A stretch of DNA of 64,000 nt from Bacilli bacterium (GCA_035361955.1 DAOSDC010000001.1:75114-139113), one strand, 5' to 3'. Positions 38,452-48,298 are shown, counted from the stretch's first letter. The notes: generated by a model from the letters alone, not told the origin. Program-made: numbers and translations.

Positions 38452-39177
38452 ATGAAAACAATCATTAAGCAAATCCATCATCGTAGGCATTTGTTGTTTC
38501 TTGACCTAGAAGGAACGCAGTTCTCCCATGAGATGATTGCTTTTGGCGCCATCAAAACGACCTTAAAACCAGATGGCTCGATCGCTCGCACTTACAAAGG
38601 CATTAAACGTTATGTGAAACCTAAAAATACGATTGGTAACTTTGTAACCAAATTGACGGGGATCACCAAAGAGATGTTGGCCGAACAAGGCATTACTTAT
38701 GCCCAAGCGCTTACCGATATCAAGAACTACTGCGGACCCCATTTTTCTAAGATGGCGTTTGTGACGTTTGGAACCCATGATGTGCGCATATTCATGCAAT
38801 CGTTAGTTTATTCGCCTAATGCCGATGAGGCCGTGGCCAAGCATATCGCCAAACATCACCTTGACATGTCGTCGCTTTTAGGACAATTCATTCGTGATGA
38901 TAAGAACAATCCTTTGTCACTTGCTAACTATTTAAAAGTTTTCGGACGTCAATTTGAAGGAACGTCGCACGATCCGCTTGACGACGCCAAGAATTTAATC
39001 GCAATCTATAAAGATTGTTTTGTGAAAAAAGACATCATTTTTGATGAATATCTGAAAGTTTTGGCTCAAATGAGACATTTGCCAGAACCGCTGACAAAAA
39101 CGCTTAACGCTCTGCTATCGGGAGAAAGCGTGTCCGCTGAAGAATTCCGCAATTACGTAAAGGATTACCTAGGATGA
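38452..39177 (+). CDS. DEDDh-family 3'-5' exonuclease (KapD-like)
   Basis: It has the Exo I motif LFLDLEGTQ and the Exo III motif HDPLDDAKN. A TGcTATACT extended -10 lies about 20 nt upstream. Confidence 0.7.
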   Translation: MKTIIKQIHHRRHLLFLDLEGTQFSHEMIAFGAIKTTLKPDGSIARTYKGIKRYVKPKNTIGNFVTKLTGITKEMLAEQGITYAQALTDIKNYCGPHFSKMAFVTFGTHDVRIFMQSLVYSPNADEAVAKHIAKHHLDMSSLLGQFIRDDKNNPLSLANYLKVFGRQFEGTSHDPLDDAKNLIAIYKDCFVKKDIIFDEYLKVLAQMRHLPEPLTKTLNALLSGESVSAEEFRNYVKDYLG

Positions 39178-39755
39178 TCAAATATCCTGGCGGCGTGCCG
39201 TATAAACCAGTGACCAAAAAACCGACGATTGGGCAAACGTCAGCCTCAAACCGCGGCATGTCACTTGAACACGATTTGAATTTATCAAACGAGTATTATA
39301 ACGAGGTCGGCATCGCCCTTATCACAAAAAGGCCAACGCCGATAAATGTCGTCAAAGTCGATTATTCGAAAGGCGCCCGGATCGTTGACGCCTATTTTGA
39401 GAAGCAATCGACAACCGATTATAACGGCATTTACAAAGGTCGCTATCTTGATATGGAAGCTAAAAGCACATTATCGAAAAATTCGTTTCCGTTATCAAAC
39501 GTTTACGAACATCAACTGAAACATCTATCACGGGTCATCGCCCAAGATGGCCTAGCGTTATTTATTATTCGCTTTGCGAGTTTAGATGAAACGTATCTAA
39601 TTGAAGCCAAACACATCATTGAAGTGAAAACTGGCGACAAACGCCGCTCGGTGCCCTTACAATTGATACGTCAACATGGAATTTTAATTGAAAACGGATA
39701 CGCGCCGCGCATTGATTATCTTAAGGCGCTTGACCACTTATTAGCGCGTCGCTAA
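39174..39755 (+). CDS. recU: Holliday junction resolvase RecU
   Basis: The 193 aa protein has the RecU family N-terminus MIKYPGG…GMSLE and a catalytic-region DMEAK motif. Confidence 0.8.
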   Translation: MIKYPGGVPYKPVTKKPTIGQTSASNRGMSLEHDLNLSNEYYNEVGIALITKRPTPINVVKVDYSKGARIVDAYFEKQSTTDYNGIYKGRYLDMEAKSTLSKNSFPLSNVYEHQLKHLSRVIAQDGLALFIIRFASLDETYLIEAKHIIEVKTGDKRRSVPLQLIRQHGILIENGYAPRIDYLKALDHLLARR

Positions 39756-40385
39756 ATTTTTATGCTTTTCGACGCAAATGTCGACTAAAGGGCATACCGA
39801 ACAATTCATGCCTCTTGCGGGGCAATAGTAACGACCGAAGTGAATCATTTGATGGTGCGTCTTAATGTAACGGGCAACCGGCAATGCTTTTCTCAGTTTT
39901 CGCTCAATCACGTTGACATCGTCACTCAATTTAGCGAATCCCAATCGTTTTGAGATACGAGCCACATGCGTATCAACGGCGATTTCGGGAATCTTAAATA
40001 ACTCCGCGCGCACGACGTTGGCCGTTTTGACGCCGACACCAGGAAGCGCCAAAAGCGCGGCTTTATCAGATGGAACTTTACCTTGATGATGTTGTAACAA
40101 GGCCATGCATAACGCTTTGACATGTTTGGCTTTTGTCCGATATAGCCCAATCGCGCGGATATGTTGCTCAATCGATTCCAGTGGTGCCTGGGCTAAATCG
40201 ACTACGGTTGGGTAGTTATTAAATAAAGCTGGTGTCGCCTTATTGACGCTGGCATCGCTAGTTTGGGCCGATAAAACAACGGCAATCAAAAGCTCGTGAG
40301 GTTTGCGATAAACAAGCTCGCAACCGGCTTCAGGTAAAATATCGTCGAAATATTCAATGATGCGCTTTAATTTTTCACTCGTCAT
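39741..40385 (-). CDS. nth: Endonuclease III
   Basis: It has an HhH-GPD domain and a C-terminal 4Fe-4S CxxxxxxCxxCxxxxxC motif. The start was moved to the internal ATG (MTSEKLKRI) to avoid a 104 nt overlap with dnaD. Confidence 0.85.
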   Translation of the reverse strand: MTSEKLKRIIEYFDDILPEAGCELVYRKPHELLIAVVLSAQTSDASVNKATPALFNNYPTVVDLAQAPLESIEQHIRAIGLYRTKAKHVKALCMALLQHHQGKVPSDKAALLALPGVGVKTANVVRAELFKIPEIAVDTHVARISKRLGFAKLSDDVNVIERKLRKALPVARYIKTHHQMIHFGRYYCPARGMNCSVCPLVDICVEKHKNLATR

Positions 40386-41028
40386 CGTCGAGCCATTTGG
40401 TTTGAGCGATGGCAATCGTTTTTTCGATATCTTTTTCCCACTGCTCGGAAACGGCGGAATATCCTTCTTTGGCGACATCGCTACGCGCCGTACGTTTTAA
40501 TAAGATTTTATCGATGGCCCGTATCGATTGTTTCTTAGTTGCAAGCGCTTCATGAAGCGCATCGATAATCATCTGATCGGTATAGCCATAACTAATCCAT
40601 TCGCGAATACGACCGAATTCAAGCGGAGAAAGCGTTCGTCCCCATTCTTTCTCAAAAATCGCATAGACGTTGGAGACCGATTCGGCGAAATCTTCGCGTG
40701 CGTTTTCTTCGCTTTGTTTGACAATCGTCAATTGAAAATCGCGATATAACTTTTGTTTCAAGGGTGCCAGTGTCGTTTTCATGTTGTTGTCGGAATTGTC
40801 GTATTCGAGTAAATCTTTAGCGAGCAGCTCCACTAAGATGCCATCGATGCGGTTAAGGGGAAGCGACATTTTTAACGACAACACGTCGGCGGTCACTAAC
40901 ATCGTCCCTTGAGACAGTAAGTGGTCAATCAGTAAAAGCGTTGTCACATGTTCTTCTGACAAACCCATATTTTTATAATTCTCGAGTAGTAAATAGCGGA
41001 TATCAACCGCGCTAAACATTTGATCCAT
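40375..41028 (-). CDS. dnaD: DnaD-domain replication initiation / membrane attachment protein
   Basis: It carries a DnaD-like C-terminal region and is 217 aa long. It lies adjacent to nth, as in B. subtilis. Confidence 0.55.
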   Translation of the reverse strand: MDQMFSAVDIRYLLLENYKNMGLSEEHVTTLLLIDHLLSQGTMLVTADVLSLKMSLPLNRIDGILVELLAKDLLEYDNSDNNMKTTLAPLKQKLYRDFQLTIVKQSEENAREDFAESVSNVYAIFEKEWGRTLSPLEFGRIREWISYGYTDQMIIDALHEALATKKQSIRAIDKILLKRTARSDVAKEGYSAVSEQWEKDIEKTIAIAQTKWLDDDE

Positions 41029-41046
41029 ATTAGTTATTTTACACCA

Positions 41047-41712
41047 TCAATAGCGTTCCTGTATGCCGAAAGAAAACAGGATGTCCTTTGCTCGTGTGAT
41101 ATCGATTTTTTCCATCTTGGCAATCTCGGCGTTCACTTTGGCGGGATTGACATAATCGAGCATGTCGATATTGTTGATAATTGCCTTGCACAAAGCCTCG
41201 TCGAGTTCAAAATCGAGTCGGAGCATAAATCGTAGTGCACGAAGAATTCGAATTGGGTCTTCTTGGATTCTGGTATTCGCCTCCCCGATGACGACTAGTC
41301 GTTTTTGTTTTAAATGCGTGAGCCCTTCACAAAAATCGTATATGTTCAGTTTAGCGTCGATATATATCGCATTAATGGTAAAATCACGTCTAGGATAGTC
41401 TTTTTCGATTTCGGTTACGAAGCTGATTGATTGCGGATGGCGAAAATCCTTATAGCCGGCTTCTTCGCGAAGCGTCGTTACGTCGATGCGTTGATTTCCC
41501 ACTTTAAGCTTGACATTGCCATAATGTGAAAACCGATAATCGGCGTCAGGCAAAAATGCTTCCATTTGCGTCGGCGTGGCATCGCTGACCAAATCAAAAT
41601 CCTCAATCGGCAAGCCCAACAAATAATCTCGCGATGAGCCTCCAATCATGTACAAACGATGGCCATGCTTACTGAAAAGCGCGGCTAAGTCAAGAAAAAC
41701 GTGCAGATCCAT
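41047..41712 (-). CDS. Short class-II nucleotidyltransferase (poly(A) polymerase / CCA-adding enzyme head+neck only)
   Basis: It has the GGSSRDYLLGLPIEDFDL…D active-site motif. At 221 aa it has no body or tail domains. Confidence 0.55.
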   Translation of the reverse strand: MDLHVFLDLAALFSKHGHRLYMIGGSSRDYLLGLPIEDFDLVSDATPTQMEAFLPDADYRFSHYGNVKLKVGNQRIDVTTLREEAGYKDFRHPQSISFVTEIEKDYPRRDFTINAIYIDAKLNIYDFCEGLTHLKQKRLVVIGEANTRIQEDPIRILRALRFMLRLDFELDEALCKAIINNIDMLDYVNPAKVNAEIAKMEKIDITRAKDILFSFGIQERY

Positions 41713-41747
41713 ATAGACCTATACTATACGAATATATTTTTATTGCA

Positions 41748-41772
41748 AATAAAAAGAGGGATAACCCTCTTT
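41748..41772 (-). terminator. Rho-independent terminator downstream of hup
   Basis: On the minus strand the hairpin is AAAGAGGGTTATCCCTCTTT followed by TTATTTG. Confidence 0.55.
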
Positions 41773-41787
41773 CATTGTCAAACGATG

Positions 41788-42060
41788 TTATTTGACGTTT
41801 TCTTTCAGCGCCTTTGACGGCTTGAAGGCGACGACTTTGGTGGCAGGAATCTTGATTTTGGCGGTCGTGCGCGGTTTGACGCCGACACGCGCTTTGCGAT
41901 GGCGGATTTCGAATGTGCCGAAGCCCGAGACTTTGACCGAGACGCCCTTTATGAGCGATTTTTCAATCAGATCAAACACGGCTTCAACAGTGGCTTCTGC
42001 TTCTTTTTTAGTCGAGTGGGTTCTTAAAGCAACCTCGCTGACCAAGTCCAGTTTATTCAT
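41788..42060 (-). CDS. hup: DNA-binding protein HU
   Basis: The 90 aa protein begins MNKLDLVSEVA and contains GFGTFEIRHRKAR. Confidence 0.9.
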   Translation of the reverse strand: MNKLDLVSEVALRTHSTKKEAEATVEAVFDLIEKSLIKGVSVKVSGFGTFEIRHRKARVGVKPRTTAKIKIPATKVVAFKPSKALKENVK

Positions 42061-42159
42061 ATGTGCCTCCTGTGATGATACCTAAAAACTAGCACAGCAC
42101 GCATTTATTAACAATAGCGACCCTTGATATTATTTTAAAAGTTTTAATTTTGGTTTAAA

Positions 42160-43152
42160 TTATTCTTCTTTTAACGGCCGGGCCATCATTTCGGCGACCA
42201 TATCGCTGGGACGGGCGCCTTGATACAAGACTCGATACACCGATGTAACGATCGGAACTTGGATATTTGCTTGTTTAGCCAGTTCATACACCGTTTTGGC
42301 AGATCTAATTCCTTCAACGGTTGTCTTGTTGGTCGCTAAAAAGGAAGCCGCGGAATCGTCTTTTCCGATAGCTAAACCCGCTTTGAAATTACGGGAGTGG
42401 AATGAATAGCAGGTAACGATTAAATCGCCTAGACCTGTCAATCCCAAATACGTTTTAAGCTTGCCGCCATAGTGGCGACCAAACGAGGTCATTTCTGCCA
42501 AACCACGCGTGACAAGTGCCGCTCGCGCGTTATCCCCTAACCCTAACCCTTCGATGATGCCACTAGCGATGGCGATGGCGTTTTTCATGGCGACGCCAAT
42601 TTCCGCTCCGATCTCATCGGTTTGGATATAAACGCGGAAATAATCGCATGAAAACATTTGGGCAACTTTGCGAGCATAGGCACGACTGATTGATGTTGCG
42701 CTTAATACGGTCAAATGCCGGAGGATGACTTCTTCGGCATGGCTGGGACCAATCAAGGACACTAACGGAAATCGCTTGGTTTCATCAATGCCGTCTCTGA
42801 TGACATCGCTCATGCGCTGATTATGGGAACCAAAACCTTTTGAAACGTTAATTAACATTACTTTGCGCGTCAATAACGCATTAATTTGTTTGACGACGCT
42901 TTCCATGGCGACAGATGGAACGGCCAAAACGATTGCTTTCGCTTTACTCAGGGCAAGCGCTAAATCGGTGGTCGCCTGTATTTTTTGATTGATGACAATT
43001 TCTTTGAAGTAGGCGGAGTTACGATGATTAAGGCTGATGTCGTCGACTTGGCTCGTTTCGACGCCATAAATCATAACGCGGTGGCCGTTATCGACCAAAA
43101 CTTGGGCCAGAGCTGTCGCCCAGGCGCCGCTACCAATGATGGCAATACGCAT
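42160..43152 (-). CDS. gpsA: NAD(P)H-dependent glycerol-3-phosphate dehydrogenase
   Basis: It has the N-terminal GSGAWATA Rossmann motif and is 330 aa long. Confidence 0.9.
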   Translation of the reverse strand: MRIAIIGSGAWATALAQVLVDNGHRVMIYGVETSQVDDISLNHRNSAYFKEIVINQKIQATTDLALALSKAKAIVLAVPSVAMESVVKQINALLTRKVMLINVSKGFGSHNQRMSDVIRDGIDETKRFPLVSLIGPSHAEEVILRHLTVLSATSISRAYARKVAQMFSCDYFRVYIQTDEIGAEIGVAMKNAIAIASGIIEGLGLGDNARAALVTRGLAEMTSFGRHYGGKLKTYLGLTGLGDLIVTCYSFHSRNFKAGLAIGKDDSAASFLATNKTTVEGIRSAKTVYELAKQANIQVPIVTSVYRVLYQGARPSDMVAEMMARPLKEE

Positions 43153-43157
43153 AAAAG

Positions 43158-44465
43158 TTACTTCCTTTCGCGCGTAATCAAGTGAATCGGGGAACCTTCG
43201 AAATGGAATGTGTCGCGAAGCCGGTTTTCCAAATACCGCTTATATGAAAAGTGCATGAAATCCGGGTGATTGACGAACAAGACGAAGGTCGGCGGTTTGA
43301 CGTCGACTTGATTCGCATAATATATTTTTAGACGCCCGCCGTTAAAGTGGGGTGTCGGGTTCATGATTTGAGCATCGACGATGATGTCGTTAAGTAAACT
43401 TGTGGAGACACGAAGCGTATATCCTTCGTAAGCGATAATCAGACTCTCGAAAATCGTTTCTATTCGCGTTTTGTTTTTGGCAGAAGTAAAAACAATCGGG
43501 GCAAATTCCAAAAATTTGAATTCATCGCGAATTTTCTTTTGAAATTCGTGCATCGCATTTTGATCTTTGAGTACTAAATCCCATTTATTGACGACGATGA
43601 TCATCGCTTTGCGCGCTTCATAAGCATAACCGGCCACGTGCTTGTCTTGTTCACGGATGCCTTCGCTGCCATCGATTACAAGTAATACGACATCGCTACG
43701 GTCGATTGCCTTCAGTGCTCGCAGGGCTGCGTATTTATCGACGGCTTCGAAGATGCGACCGCGTTTTTTTAGCCCGGCGGTATCAATCACGACATAGTCA
43801 CGACCTTCGCGACGAAACGGTGTGTCGATGGCATCACGGGTCGTGCCTTCGACTTCGCTGACGATGACACGTTCTTGTCGCAAAATGGCGTTGACGAGAC
43901 TTGATTTTCCAACATTTGGTCGTCCGATAACTGAGAAGGAAATGCTTCCTTCATATTCATCTATTGCCTTGTTAGGCAACAATTTCACGACCTCATCGAG
44001 AATATCGCCCACGCCAATGCCATGGCTGGCGCTGACGGCTATCGGCGTACCAAAGCCCAGTTGATAAAACTCATTCGTATCAATGGCGAATTGCCCATCA
44101 TCAATTTTATTGACGGCGAGCACGACTGGCTTTTTGGCCTTGTAAAGCATTTTTGCCACAATTAAATCATCGCGGGAAATTCCGACTTTTCCATCGACGA
44201 CAAATAAAATTACATCAGCTTCTTCAATGGCAATCGCCACTTGGGCGCGAATTTGTGTTTGGAGTCCAACGTTTTCAATTTGAATTCCGCCGGTATCGAT
44301 CACATTGAAATCTTTAAGAAGCCAATGTGCTTTGCCATAAATGCGATCGCGCGTTAAGCCGGGTATGTCGTCAACAATGGCCAAACGGTCGCCAATCAGA
44401 CGATTAAATAGTGTTGATTTACCAACGTTAGGACTGCCAAGTATTGCCAATGTGCCACTGATCAT
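43158..44465 (-). CDS. der: Ribosome-biogenesis GTPase Der (EngA)
   Basis: It has two tandem G domains (GSPNVGKST, GRPNVGKSS) and a KH-like C-terminus. Confidence 0.9.
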   Translation of the reverse strand: MISGTLAILGSPNVGKSTLFNRLIGDRLAIVDDIPGLTRDRIYGKAHWLLKDFNVIDTGGIQIENVGLQTQIRAQVAIAIEEADVILFVVDGKVGISRDDLIVAKMLYKAKKPVVLAVNKIDDGQFAIDTNEFYQLGFGTPIAVSASHGIGVGDILDEVVKLLPNKAIDEYEGSISFSVIGRPNVGKSSLVNAILRQERVIVSEVEGTTRDAIDTPFRREGRDYVVIDTAGLKKRGRIFEAVDKYAALRALKAIDRSDVVLLVIDGSEGIREQDKHVAGYAYEARKAMIIVVNKWDLVLKDQNAMHEFQKKIRDEFKFLEFAPIVFTSAKNKTRIETIFESLIIAYEGYTLRVSTSLLNDIIVDAQIMNPTPHFNGGRLKIYYANQVDVKPPTFVLFVNHPDFMHFSYKRYLENRLRDTFHFEGSPIHLITRERK

Positions 44466-45133
44466 TTTTGAATTCCGACCAATTTTTTCTCAATGATGTC
44501 GATGATTCGTGTTACAACCTCTTCAACGCTCATGAACGAGGTGTCGATTAATATCGAATCCGGGGCTGGTTTTAACGGAGCAAAATCACGGTGCGAATCG
44601 ATATAATCGCGCTTGCGCAAATCTTCCTCGACGCTTTCAAGCGTGCAGTCAATGCCTTTGGATAAATTTTCTTCATAACGGCGCACGGCGCGAGTTTCCA
44701 CCGAAGCGATTTGGAATATTTTGATGTCGGCGTTTGGTAAAACATACGTGCCAATATCACGACCATCCATGACGACGCAGGCCACTTCGGCGAGCTTTCG
44801 CTGTTGTTCGACTAACGCAAGTCTGATTTGTTTATACGAGGCGATATATGAAACGTTTGCTGAAACGTACGGTTCACGAATTTGTTTGGTGACGTCTTCG
44901 TCATTACATAACACGGTGCCACCCGGTTTAAGTTCGATGGTTACTTCAGGAATAAGCTTGTTGCAATCGGTCTCAATTTGCGGGTCAACGCCTTGTTTGA
45001 GCACATAATATGTGAAAGCGCGATACATTGCACCCGTATCGATATATGTGTAACCAAGTCGCCTAGCGACTTCTTTGGCGACCGTTGATTTTCCGGCTGC
45101 GGCCGGTCCGTCGATGGCGACGCTGATGCGCAT
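44462..45133 (-). CDS. cmk: Cytidylate kinase
   Basis: It has the GPAAAGKST P-loop and is 223 aa long. Confidence 0.9.
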   Translation of the reverse strand: MRISVAIDGPAAAGKSTVAKEVARRLGYTYIDTGAMYRAFTYYVLKQGVDPQIETDCNKLIPEVTIELKPGGTVLCNDEDVTKQIREPYVSANVSYIASYKQIRLALVEQQRKLAEVACVVMDGRDIGTYVLPNADIKIFQIASVETRAVRRYEENLSKGIDCTLESVEEDLRKRDYIDSHRDFAPLKPAPDSILIDTSFMSVEEVVTRIIDIIEKKLVGIQK

Positions 45134-45477
45134 TAGTTGTTTCCTCCGTTAATAATCCAAGCAACGATGGCGACGATGGCGATAACGACCACGACGCAAA
45201 TGAGCACCACTTTCATGGCGAAACGGCGGTTAAGCCGCGCTTCGTCAAGTTCTTCGTCTTGCTCAGGCAAGCCTGAAATTTCGTTGGTTGCTTTAAGAAT
45301 TTCTTTGACGGGAATGCTATTCGTCCGTCGAATGCCATCATCGGTTTCTAAAACGGCATGTGATTTTTGAGGTGATAAAAGCTTGGCGTCCGAATCTTGG
45401 CGCGTTTCTTCACGGGGAAGTTTCGCGATTCGTTCACGATAAGTCCGGTATTTTTCAACGCGGGTCGACTGTGGCAA
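45133..45477 (-). CDS. Hypothetical C-terminally membrane-anchored protein (in the YpfB position upstream of cmk)
   Basis: The 114 aa protein has one C-terminal TM helix. I recognise no family. Confidence 0.35.
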   Translation of the reverse strand: MPQSTRVEKYRTYRERIAKLPREETRQDSDAKLLSPQKSHAVLETDDGIRRTNSIPVKEILKATNEISGLPEQDEELDEARLNRRFAMKVVLICVVVVIAIVAIVAWIINGGNN

Positions 45478-45618
45478 GGAGTATTACCTCTCTTAAGGTA
45501 TTTTAAAGGAAAGCGACGCTTAATCATAGTGAAAAGTCACGATGCGCTTACAATTTTTGACTTGTTGCTTTATCTGTGCCGTTTGCCTATAATGTGTTTT
45601 GTACAGGAGGACTCTATC

Positions 45619-45813
45619 ATGGGCAGAAAAGTTCGTATCGACAAAGACGCTTGCATCGGCTGCGGTCTTTGCAATTCCATTTCTCCGGCCACGTTTGATT
45701 GGGATGATGACGGCAAAATGAAAGCTATCGTCGATGAGATTCCCGAGGGCGAAGAAGCGGCGGTTGAAGAATCCGTCGGCAGTTGCCCGACATCAGCGAT
45801 TATCGTTGATTAA
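45619..45813 (+). CDS. Ferredoxin (small single-cluster)
   Basis: It has the CIGCGLC…C…P motif. An AGGAGG RBS lies 8 nt upstream of the ATG. The start was moved from the ORF-track upstream TTG or GTG. Confidence 0.8.
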   Translation: MGRKVRIDKDACIGCGLCNSISPATFDWDDDGKMKAIVDEIPEGEEAAVEESVGSCPTSAIIVD

Positions 45814-45823
45814 TCCAAAATAA

Positions 45824-45853
45824 AACCCGGTCTTTATTAGCCGGGTTTTTCAT
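45824..45853. terminator. Bidirectional terminator between ferredoxin and ribU
   Basis: The hairpin AAAACCCGGTCTTTATTAGCCGGGTTTTT has A- and T-tracts on either side. Confidence 0.6.
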
Positions 45854-45857
45854 TTGC

Positions 45858-46478
45858 CTAAAATTTGTAAAATAATTGGTGCACGCGTTTATAAACAAGG
45901 AACGTCAGCAAAATCACCAAGGTGTTTTTAACAAAGTTAAACGGTAAAATGCCGTAAAGCACGAGCGACCAGTGAATGTCGGTGATGCGTGGATTGGTCG
46001 CTTGTACGAGTTCCAACAGACTTTCTGGCGTTAAAAACGGATATAAAAACAAATAGAAATCAATCATAAACAGTGCGTTAAAAATCGAACTAACCACGAG
46101 TTGGGCGATGAAGCCCAATGAAAAACCAATCATGACGCCTTTGATATTGCGATTTTTTCGATAATAAAACACCGCCGGCAAAACAAACGCCAACGAGTAG
46201 AGTAAATCAGCTAATTCGCCAACCATAGCCGTTGAAGAAAATGGAAGTTTGATTAACGTTTTGACGATAAGAATCAATATCGAAGTCACTGGTCCATAGG
46301 CAAAGCCGGCGACGAACACCGGAATCTCGTCAAAATGAAATTCAAGAAAAGGAGGGAAGATTGGAATTTTGATCGTGAATAACGGCACGATGTATAAAAT
46401 TGTGGCGATCGCCCCAAAGATGGCGGTGCGGGCCATGACTTTTGAGGTTAAATTCCAATTGATGACGCTTTTTTTCAT
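45858..46478 (-). CDS. ribU: ECF transporter S component, riboflavin (RibU-like)
   Basis: It is a 6-TM ECF S component. An FMN riboswitch lies immediately upstream. Confidence 0.7.
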   Translation of the reverse strand: MKKSVINWNLTSKVMARTAIFGAIATILYIVPLFTIKIPIFPPFLEFHFDEIPVFVAGFAYGPVTSILILIVKTLIKLPFSSTAMVGELADLLYSLAFVLPAVFYYRKNRNIKGVMIGFSLGFIAQLVVSSIFNALFMIDFYLFLYPFLTPESLLELVQATNPRITDIHWSLVLYGILPFNFVKNTLVILLTFLVYKRVHQLFYKF

Positions 46479-46490
46479 AATTTCTCCTTA

Positions 46491-46635
46491 AGAAACAAAA
46501 AGACCCCGCCTCAGGGTCAAAAAGCGCTGACTTCTTTCATCCAGACTATACTGTCGCCACTAGAATCTCACTAGTTCATGCCGAAGCTCGCGGGGTATAC
46601 CGCCGATTGGGATTCGCACCCGACCCTGAAGTCAA
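46491..46635 (-). promoter_or_regulatory. FMN riboswitch (RFN element) with terminator-type expression platform
   Basis: The minus-strand read is CAGGGTCGGGTGCGAATCCCAATCGGCGGTATACCCCGCGAGC…GGCGACAGTATAGTCTGGATGAAAGAAG. It matches the RFN consensus AGGGTGAAATTCCC…CGGCGGTA…CCCGCGAGC…GACAGTATAGTCTGGATG. A GACCCTGAGGCGGGGTC hairpin and T-tract follow. Confidence 0.85.
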
Positions 46636-46661
46636 TTTAATTATATGGAATGCCCTATTAA

Positions 46662-47498
46662 TTACAATACTTTTTGGTCATGTAAGCGTTTTAGGAAGGC
46701 ATCCAGTTCTTCTTTATTATCAAATGAGAAGGTGACCGAACGGCGTTTGATCGACATTTTTGATTTGGGGCTTTTTTCAAAGTAATCAAGCATCTGTTCG
46801 CCGCCTGGCGCTTTGCTGAGGGCAGCGGCGGTTTCCAGCGACCGAACCGACCATTGGCGCTTAAGCGTCTCATTAATTAGTTTTGCTTGTGTGTCGGGTT
46901 CTAAATTGATAATCGCCCGTGCATGACCATAACTAATGCGACCTTCGGATATCAGATGTTGAATTGACGGTGGTAATTTCAACAATCGAAGCAAATTCGC
47001 CATCGTTGAGCGCGACATGTGGGAAACGGTTGCCAGCGCCGCTTGCGAATAACCAAACTCGGTGTATAAGGCTTGGCCAAGCGTGGCGATAGAGACGGCA
47101 TTGCTTTCACGACTGTCGCGAAGATTGGCAATCATTGTCAAAATCATTTCGACATCGTTAAGAGGGGAAACGATGACTGGCAGCTGCCGATGGCCAAGAC
47201 GTAGCGAAGCGTAATAACGCCGTCGGCCAAGCACGATTTCGAAATCATTACCGTAAGGTCTGACAATCAAGGGGGCGACGTCTAGTTGCGTGGATACTGA
47301 AGTCATCGTCTTTTCGAGTTCCGAGGGAGAAATCGACAAATGTTTCAAACGATCGTTATCGCGAATTCTTTCGATTGGAAGCATTTGGCTGCTTGTTTTA
47401 GCGTATTGACGCGCCATCGAGGCGACGACATCGCTCGAAGCGTATTTTTTTAACAGAGAGGCTAAATCTTCGCGCAAGACCGCTTTGTTACGCTTCAT
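46662..47498 (-). CDS. spo0J: Chromosome partitioning protein ParB/Spo0J
   Basis: It has the ParB N-domain motif GRRRYYAS and an HTH region. It overlaps parA by 11 nt. Confidence 0.85.
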   Translation of the reverse strand: MKRNKAVLREDLASLLKKYASSDVVASMARQYAKTSSQMLPIERIRDNDRLKHLSISPSELEKTMTSVSTQLDVAPLIVRPYGNDFEIVLGRRRYYASLRLGHRQLPVIVSPLNDVEMILTMIANLRDSRESNAVSIATLGQALYTEFGYSQAALATVSHMSRSTMANLLRLLKLPPSIQHLISEGRISYGHARAIINLEPDTQAKLINETLKRQWSVRSLETAAALSKAPGGEQMLDYFEKSPKSKMSIKRRSVTFSFDNKEELDAFLKRLHDQKVL

Positions 47499-48255
47499 GG
47501 TCGATTACTTCTTTAGCCAAACTTAGATACGCGAGACTACCCGAAGAACTGGGACGATACAAAGTGATGGGAATACCCCTGGCCGATGCTTCAGGCAAAG
47601 AAATATTGCGTGGAATTTGCGTTAGAAACGTATTTTCCTTGAATAAACCGCGGACTTGGGTCGATATTTCGGTACCAAGCCGTGTCCGTGAATCATACAT
47701 CGTCAACAAAAAGCCTTCGATGATGAGATTGGGATTAAAATCAGCTTGGATCCGACTGATAGTCGCCAGGATTTGGGCAACGGCTTCCATTGCGAAATAT
47801 TCGCATTGAACAGGAATTAACACGCTATCGCTAGCAACGAGGGCATTTATTGATAGAAGGCCAAGCGAAGGCGGGCAATCGATAATAATATAGTCGTATT
47901 CTTTTTTCAAAGTGGCCAGCGTGTCTTTAAGTAGGAAATATGGTTGCTTGGATATGGCTCCGATTTCCGATTCGGTGCTGGCGAGTTTCAGATTCGCCGG
48001 AATCAGTTCAAGATTCTTCATCGGTGTCTTTTTAATGATGCGGTTGACGTCGTAATTTCTTAATAGGGCATCGTAAATGTTACGAGACAAAACGCTGACG
48101 TCAGTTCCGACCCCACGCGAACTATTGCCTTGAGGGTCCATATCAAGTAGTAAAACGCGCCGGTTGAAATGGGCAAGCGAAGACGATAGCGAAATGGCCG
48201 TCGTCGTCTTTCCGACGCCACCTTTTTGATTAGCGATTGCGATAATTTTTGCCAT
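47488..48255 (-). CDS. soj: Chromosome partitioning ATPase ParA/Soj
   Basis: It begins with the canonical MAKIIAIANQKGGVGKTT. The start was moved from the ORF-track upstream extension. Confidence 0.85.
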   Translation of the reverse strand: MAKIIAIANQKGGVGKTTTAISLSSSLAHFNRRVLLLDMDPQGNSSRGVGTDVSVLSRNIYDALLRNYDVNRIIKKTPMKNLELIPANLKLASTESEIGAISKQPYFLLKDTLATLKKEYDYIIIDCPPSLGLLSINALVASDSVLIPVQCEYFAMEAVAQILATISRIQADFNPNLIIEGFLLTMYDSRTRLGTEISTQVRGLFKENTFLTQIPRNISLPEASARGIPITLYRPSSSGSLAYLSLAKEVIDHEA

Positions 48256-48275
48256 ATTTTTAACAATATCGATTA

Positions 48276-48298
48276 TAGCATACAAAAAAACGGCCGCG
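48276..48298 (-). terminator. Strong GC-rich rho-independent terminator downstream of rsmG
   Basis: On the minus strand the hairpin is CGGCCCGCGCGGCCG followed by TTTTTTT. Confidence 0.6.
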
